A DNA stretch of 64,000 bases from the human T2T-CHM13v2.0 reference genome, Homo sapiens: NCBI RefSeq assembly GCF_009914755.1, contig NC_060928.1. One strand, 5' to 3'. Positions within the stretch are counted from its first letter, which is position 1. Each line of letters opens with the position of its first letter. The translations under genes and the position numbers were made by a program. Below are positions 59,969 to 64,000 of this stretch, piece after piece. The notes below the pieces were generated by a model. That model saw nothing but the letters and a program-made list of their open reading frames with translations. It was not told where the DNA came from and made no database searches.

Positions 59969-61397
59969 TGAGAGGTGACAGCGTGCTGGCAGCTGTGGGT
60001 CACTCGGCACCTCCCTGGCCTGGGCGCCTACTCTGGCCATGCTTGAGGAGCCCTTCAGCCCACCACTGCACCGTGGGAGCCCCTCTCTGGGCTAGCTGAG
60101 GCCGGAGCCAGCTCCCTCTGCTTGTGGGGAGGTGTGGAGGGAGAGGCACAGGCGGGAACCGAGGCTGCATGCAGGCCAAAGTTCCAGGTGGGTGCCAGCT
60201 CCATGGCCCCGCACTCAGAGCGGCCAGCCGGCACTGCTGGCCTGGGCAGTGAGGGGCTTAGCACCCAGGCCAGCAGCTGCGGAGGGTGTGCCAGGTGCCC
60301 CAGCACTGCCAGCCTGCCCGAATCACACTGGAATTCTCCCCAGGCCTCAGCCACCTCCCCGCAGGGCAGGGCTCCTGACCTGCAGCCCACCTGGCCCGAG
60401 GCTCCCCCCACCCCCGCCCAGCCCCCCGCCTGCCCCCCTTCCCCCCCGCCTGCCCCCCTTCCCCCCATCTGCCCCCCTTCCCCCTGCCCCCACCTTCTCC
60501 CACCCCCTTCCCCTCCCCTGCCTTCCTCCCCCTTTTCCCCCCCTTCCCCTCCCCCCATGGGCTCCAATGCAGCCCGAGCTTCCCTGACGGGCACCGCCCC
60601 CTGCTCTGCAGCGCCCAGTCCCATGGACTGCCCAAGGGCTGAGGAGTGCAGACATCTGCATGGGACTGGCGGGCAGCTCCACCCGTGGCCCTGGCGCAGG
60701 ATCCACTAGGGGAAGCCAGCTGGGCTCTTGAGTCAGGTGGGGACTTGGAGAACTTTTGTGTCTAGCTCAAGTCTTGCAAATGCACCAATCACCACTCTGT
60801 GTCTAGATCAAGGTTTGTAAATGCACCATTCAGCACCCTGTCAAAATGGACCAATCAGCTCTCTGTAAAACGGACCAATCAGCTCTCTGTAAAATGGACC
60901 AATCAGCAGAATGTGGGTGGGGTCAGATAAGGGAATAAACGCAGGCTTCCAGCCAGCAACGGCAACCTGCTAGGGTGTCTTTCCATATGGTGGGAGCTTT
61001 GTTCTTTCGTTCTTTGCAGTGAGTCTTGCTGCTGCTCACTCTGTGGGTCTGCACTGCCTTTATTAACTGTAATACCGCGAAGGTCTGCAGCTTCACTCCT
61101 GAGGCCAGCAAGACCATGAACCCATCGGGACGAATAAACAACTCCGGATGGGAGGAACAAACAACTCCAGACGCACCGCCTTAAGAGCTCTAACGCTCAC
61201 CGCGAAGGTCTGCAGCTTCACTCTTGAAGTCAGTGAGACTACGAACCCACCAGAAGGAAGAAACTCTGAACACATCCAAACATCAGAAGGAACAAACTGC
61301 GGACACACCATCTTTAAGAACTGTAACACTCACAGCGAGGGTCCGCGGCTTCATTCTTGAAGTCAGTGAGACCAAGAACCCGCCAATTCTGGACACA
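59969..61397 (+). mobile_element. LTR12 (ERV9; LTR12C/D/E-type) solo LTR, 1429 bp
   Basis: Start tgagaggtgacagcgtgctggcag and end ccaattctggacaca; perfect 4-bp TSD gcat (59965-68 / 61398-401); R/U5 repeats cgcgaaggtctgcagcttcactc. Confidence 0.96.
60785..60940 (+). promoter_or_regulatory. LTR12 promoter core: four CCAAT (NF-Y) boxes, GT/GC box, GATA and TATA-like AATAAA
   Basis: CCAAT at 60785, 60851, 60875 and 60899 (the last three spaced 24 bp apart); gggtggggtc ~60915; AGATAA 60925-30; AATAAA 60934-39. Confidence 0.75.
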
Positions 61398-61633
61398 GCA
61401 TGCCACAAATAATTTTTACTACATTTTCCACTAAAAGTTTCATAATTTTCCATTCTAATATTAGGTGTATAATCTTATTTGAATTAATTTTATACAAGGT
61501 TTAAAGTATCAATTAAGCTTAATTTTTTGCCTATGAAAGTCCAACTATTCCAGGGTAATTGCTTGAAAATACTATACTTTCTTTATTGAATTACTTTTGT
61601 CTGTGAAAAATCAGTTGTCAATGTTTATGGATG

Positions 61634-61716
61634 GAAAGGAGTAGAGAGGAAGAAAGAAGGAAGGAAGGAAGGGTGAAATAGAGGAAGGAAGAAAAAGAAA
61701 AGAAAAAATGAAAAGA
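61634..61716 (+). repeat. GA-rich low-complexity tract
   Basis: Read directly. Confidence 0.75.
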
Positions 61717-62356
61717 TCAGTGTTCATTTTTAGACAGTACATGTGATTATGTATCTCCACTAGAATTTTTCCAAAAACAAGTTTAGTGTAGATTATTTTA
61801 TACTCAGTAGATTATTTTTATACTCATATCTTGCACATATGGATAACTAAAGGTAAATTGGACGGTCAAATTGTATTGTCTCTTAATATCTCTATTTTAA
61901 ATAAAACGTAAATCACACCTCTAATGTTACAAAAATGTGTTAAATTTCAATTTTACTTAAAGCTAGTAATGAGTGCATTACTTTAAAAATATTACACTTT
62001 ATAAAAATCTCTTTTTAAAAGCACAAAAGAGAAGTATGTCATATACTTTATACACCATCTTAGGTCTTTTTGGAATAATTTGTTTCTGACCTTTGTCTCT
62101 TTGTTCAAACCCAGTTGAAAAACAAGGTAAATAAGGTTTTATTTTGTTCCTGGACCAAGTCTGGTTGGGAAGATAGAGGAGTAAATCAATGTTAAGCTAC
62201 TATCATTCATTCCACAAATAATTATTAAGTAACTAGTCCTCTTACCCATTCCTGGAAAAAAAAAAAAAAAGAAACAAGGCAAAAATACAAAAATAACGGT
62301 TCTTATAAACGTTGTTTTATAATAAGGAAAACAGACCATACAAGAATAACACAATA

Positions 62357-62664
62357 GGCCAGGCCAGATGCAGTGGCTCATACCTGTAATCCCAGCACTT
62401 TGGGAGGCCAAGGTGGGCGAATCACGAGGTGAGGAGATCGAGACCATCCTGGCTAACACGGTGAAACCCCGTTTCTACTAAAAATACAAAAACAAAATGT
62501 TAGCCGGGCGTGGTGGCAGGTGCCTGTAGTCCCAGCTACTTGGGAGGCTGAGATGGGAAAATGGTGTGAACTCGGGTGGTGGAGCTTGTAGTGAGCCTAG
62601 ATCTGCACTCCAGCCCGGGTGACAGAGCGAGACTCTGTCTCAAAAAAGAAAAAAGAAAAAAAAG
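62357..62664 (+). mobile_element. AluY-type element with a 14-bp TSD
   Basis: gagatcgagaccatcctggctaacacggtg diagnostic; TSD agaataacacaata at 62343-56 and 62665-78. Confidence 0.95.
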
Positions 62665-62769
62665 AGAATAACACAATAATATAAGATTATTAAATTGCAT
62701 GTGAGAAATTGAAAATTACAATAGGGAAAAAATAGAATGGAATAAAGGTGTTCCAGTTTATAAACACTG

Positions 62770-63170
62770 CAATTTAAACTGTGTTGGTAAGATTTATTTG
62801 AAAAGAGATGATTTTAGCAAGACTTGAAAAGCATGAGGTAGTTAGCTACATAGATATCTCAGGAGAGAGTATTCCAGGCAAAGAAAAGGCCAGTGCAAAA
62901 TCCCTAAGGCAAGTGTGCACCTAATGAATGTAATCAAAAATGTAGAGGTCAGGGTAATAGGAGCAGAATGAACAAGGGGGAAAAAAGGAGATGAGATCAT
63001 GTAAAAACTAGTGAGCAATTGCGAGGCCTTTGGCATTGCATCTCCTGAGATTAAACTGGAACCCATGATAGAGTTTTAAGTAAAGATGTGGTGCAAACTA
63101 ATGTCTGTTTTTAAATGGCTGCTACGTTGAAAGACAACTGAGCAGTTCAAGGAGAAGGAGAGGTAAGTGA
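62770..63170 (-). mobile_element. L2a fragment
   Basis: gagagtattccaggcaaagaaaaggccagtgcaaaatccctaaggc...ggagcagaatgaacaagggg. Confidence 0.8.
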
Positions 63171-64000
63171 TGTAGGCCCATACAGCTGCAAGAGCTCGGA
63201 GGTCATGATTCTCAGCCTAAGTCAGGAAAGCTTTCTGACAGAAGTTACTCTAGAGTTGTCATGTACTGTTGATTGAATTTTGGTGCCTAACTAGTGGATA
63301 AGGTCAATGAGACATTTGCCTTTAGTGGGTTTACAAAGAGTAAGAGTTTGAGTTATCTCCACCCTAAAAATAATAAAACAGATCAATACTAGGAGCTTGT
63401 AGCTTAATCTCCTCAAAGGCATCAGAAATTATAGACAAGAACTTTTTTATAATTTTTGTGAACATTATAACTTTAAAGTTTACTTTATTTCTTACTATTA
63501 TGTGGAATCCTGGAATCAACTAATATCACCCATGTTTCTTATCTGTAGACAATAAACAAAATTCAGTGGCCGTTCTGTTCTTCTTTCTATATCTTATATA
63601 ATTACTCTTATGCTTTCCATCCAAAATCACCTCAGCATGCATTTTGAAACTCCCTTTCTATTGCAAATAATTTCCTTATAAAAGCTTGTAACAGAAAATA
63701 TCTCTCTGTTCTTTCCTAATTGAGTACTAGAAATCCCCTAAACCCTCTTTGGTGGAGAATACTTGTTCACCATGTCATTTGGAATTCCCAGGTCAGGAGT
63801 TTTATTGAGGAGAAGGAAAGAGTCAGCATTACTTTTGTTACTTTGTGTCACTTCCAAACCTTTGACCTCCATCTTCTTATGTACAAGGCCACAATGTTTT
63901 TGAAGCTCATTCCATCTAGACTAGTTTATTCTATTAATGTCTATTCGAATTATTTTCCATAATAATTGAAGTCATAGACATCTGTCTTACTGTTTTTTTT

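Larger units (their letters stand above)
59170..61630 (-). mobile_element. Old L1M (L1MC/MD-type) 3' ORF2 fragment split by the LTR12 (59170-59968 and 61398-61630)
   Basis: ORF 59411-59740 MANEHINRCLISLIIWEIKIATILKYHYT is homologous to the ORF2 C-terminus; it resumes after the LTR. Confidence 0.8.

Noticed and set aside
60055-60709. Overlapping 119-195 aa Pro/Gly-rich ORFs on both strands
   Set aside because: Artefact of GC-rich LTR12 sequence and the C-run tract, which lack stop codons.
60780-61380. Regularly spaced direct repeats resembling a CRISPR array
   Set aside because: These are the normal LTR12 tandem repeats; there are no unique spacers or cas genes, and the DNA is eukaryotic.

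Overview
This is AT-rich, CpG-poor primate (human-like) genomic DNA that looks intergenic or deep-intronic, and it is dominated by interspersed repeats. These include L1s of several ages (L1PA, L1MA, L1MC/L1ME, HAL1), about eight Alu/FRAM elements, a two-LTR THE1 MaLR provirus and a solo LTR12 (ERV9). There are also LTR23, MLT1/MST/MLT2 LTRs, MER5A/MER20/MER58/Tigger3a DNA transposons, MIR and L2 relics, and microsatellites. I recognise no host protein-coding gene, RNA gene or CRISPR array. The longer ORFs in the track are L1 ORF2 remnants, repeat read-through or low-complexity artefacts. I did not find a credible undescribed biological system. The notable structures are a multi-level nested L1 cassette (ORF1-less L1MA with a TSD, containing an L1PA with a probable short 3' transduction), a ~155-bp C-rich expansion in an LTR12 with an intact-looking promoter, a retained L1 5'UTR with antisense-promoter splice sites, and a few weak candidate small exons. 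Subfamily names come from recalled consensus sequences, not from a RepeatMasker run, and boundaries of old elements are approximate.
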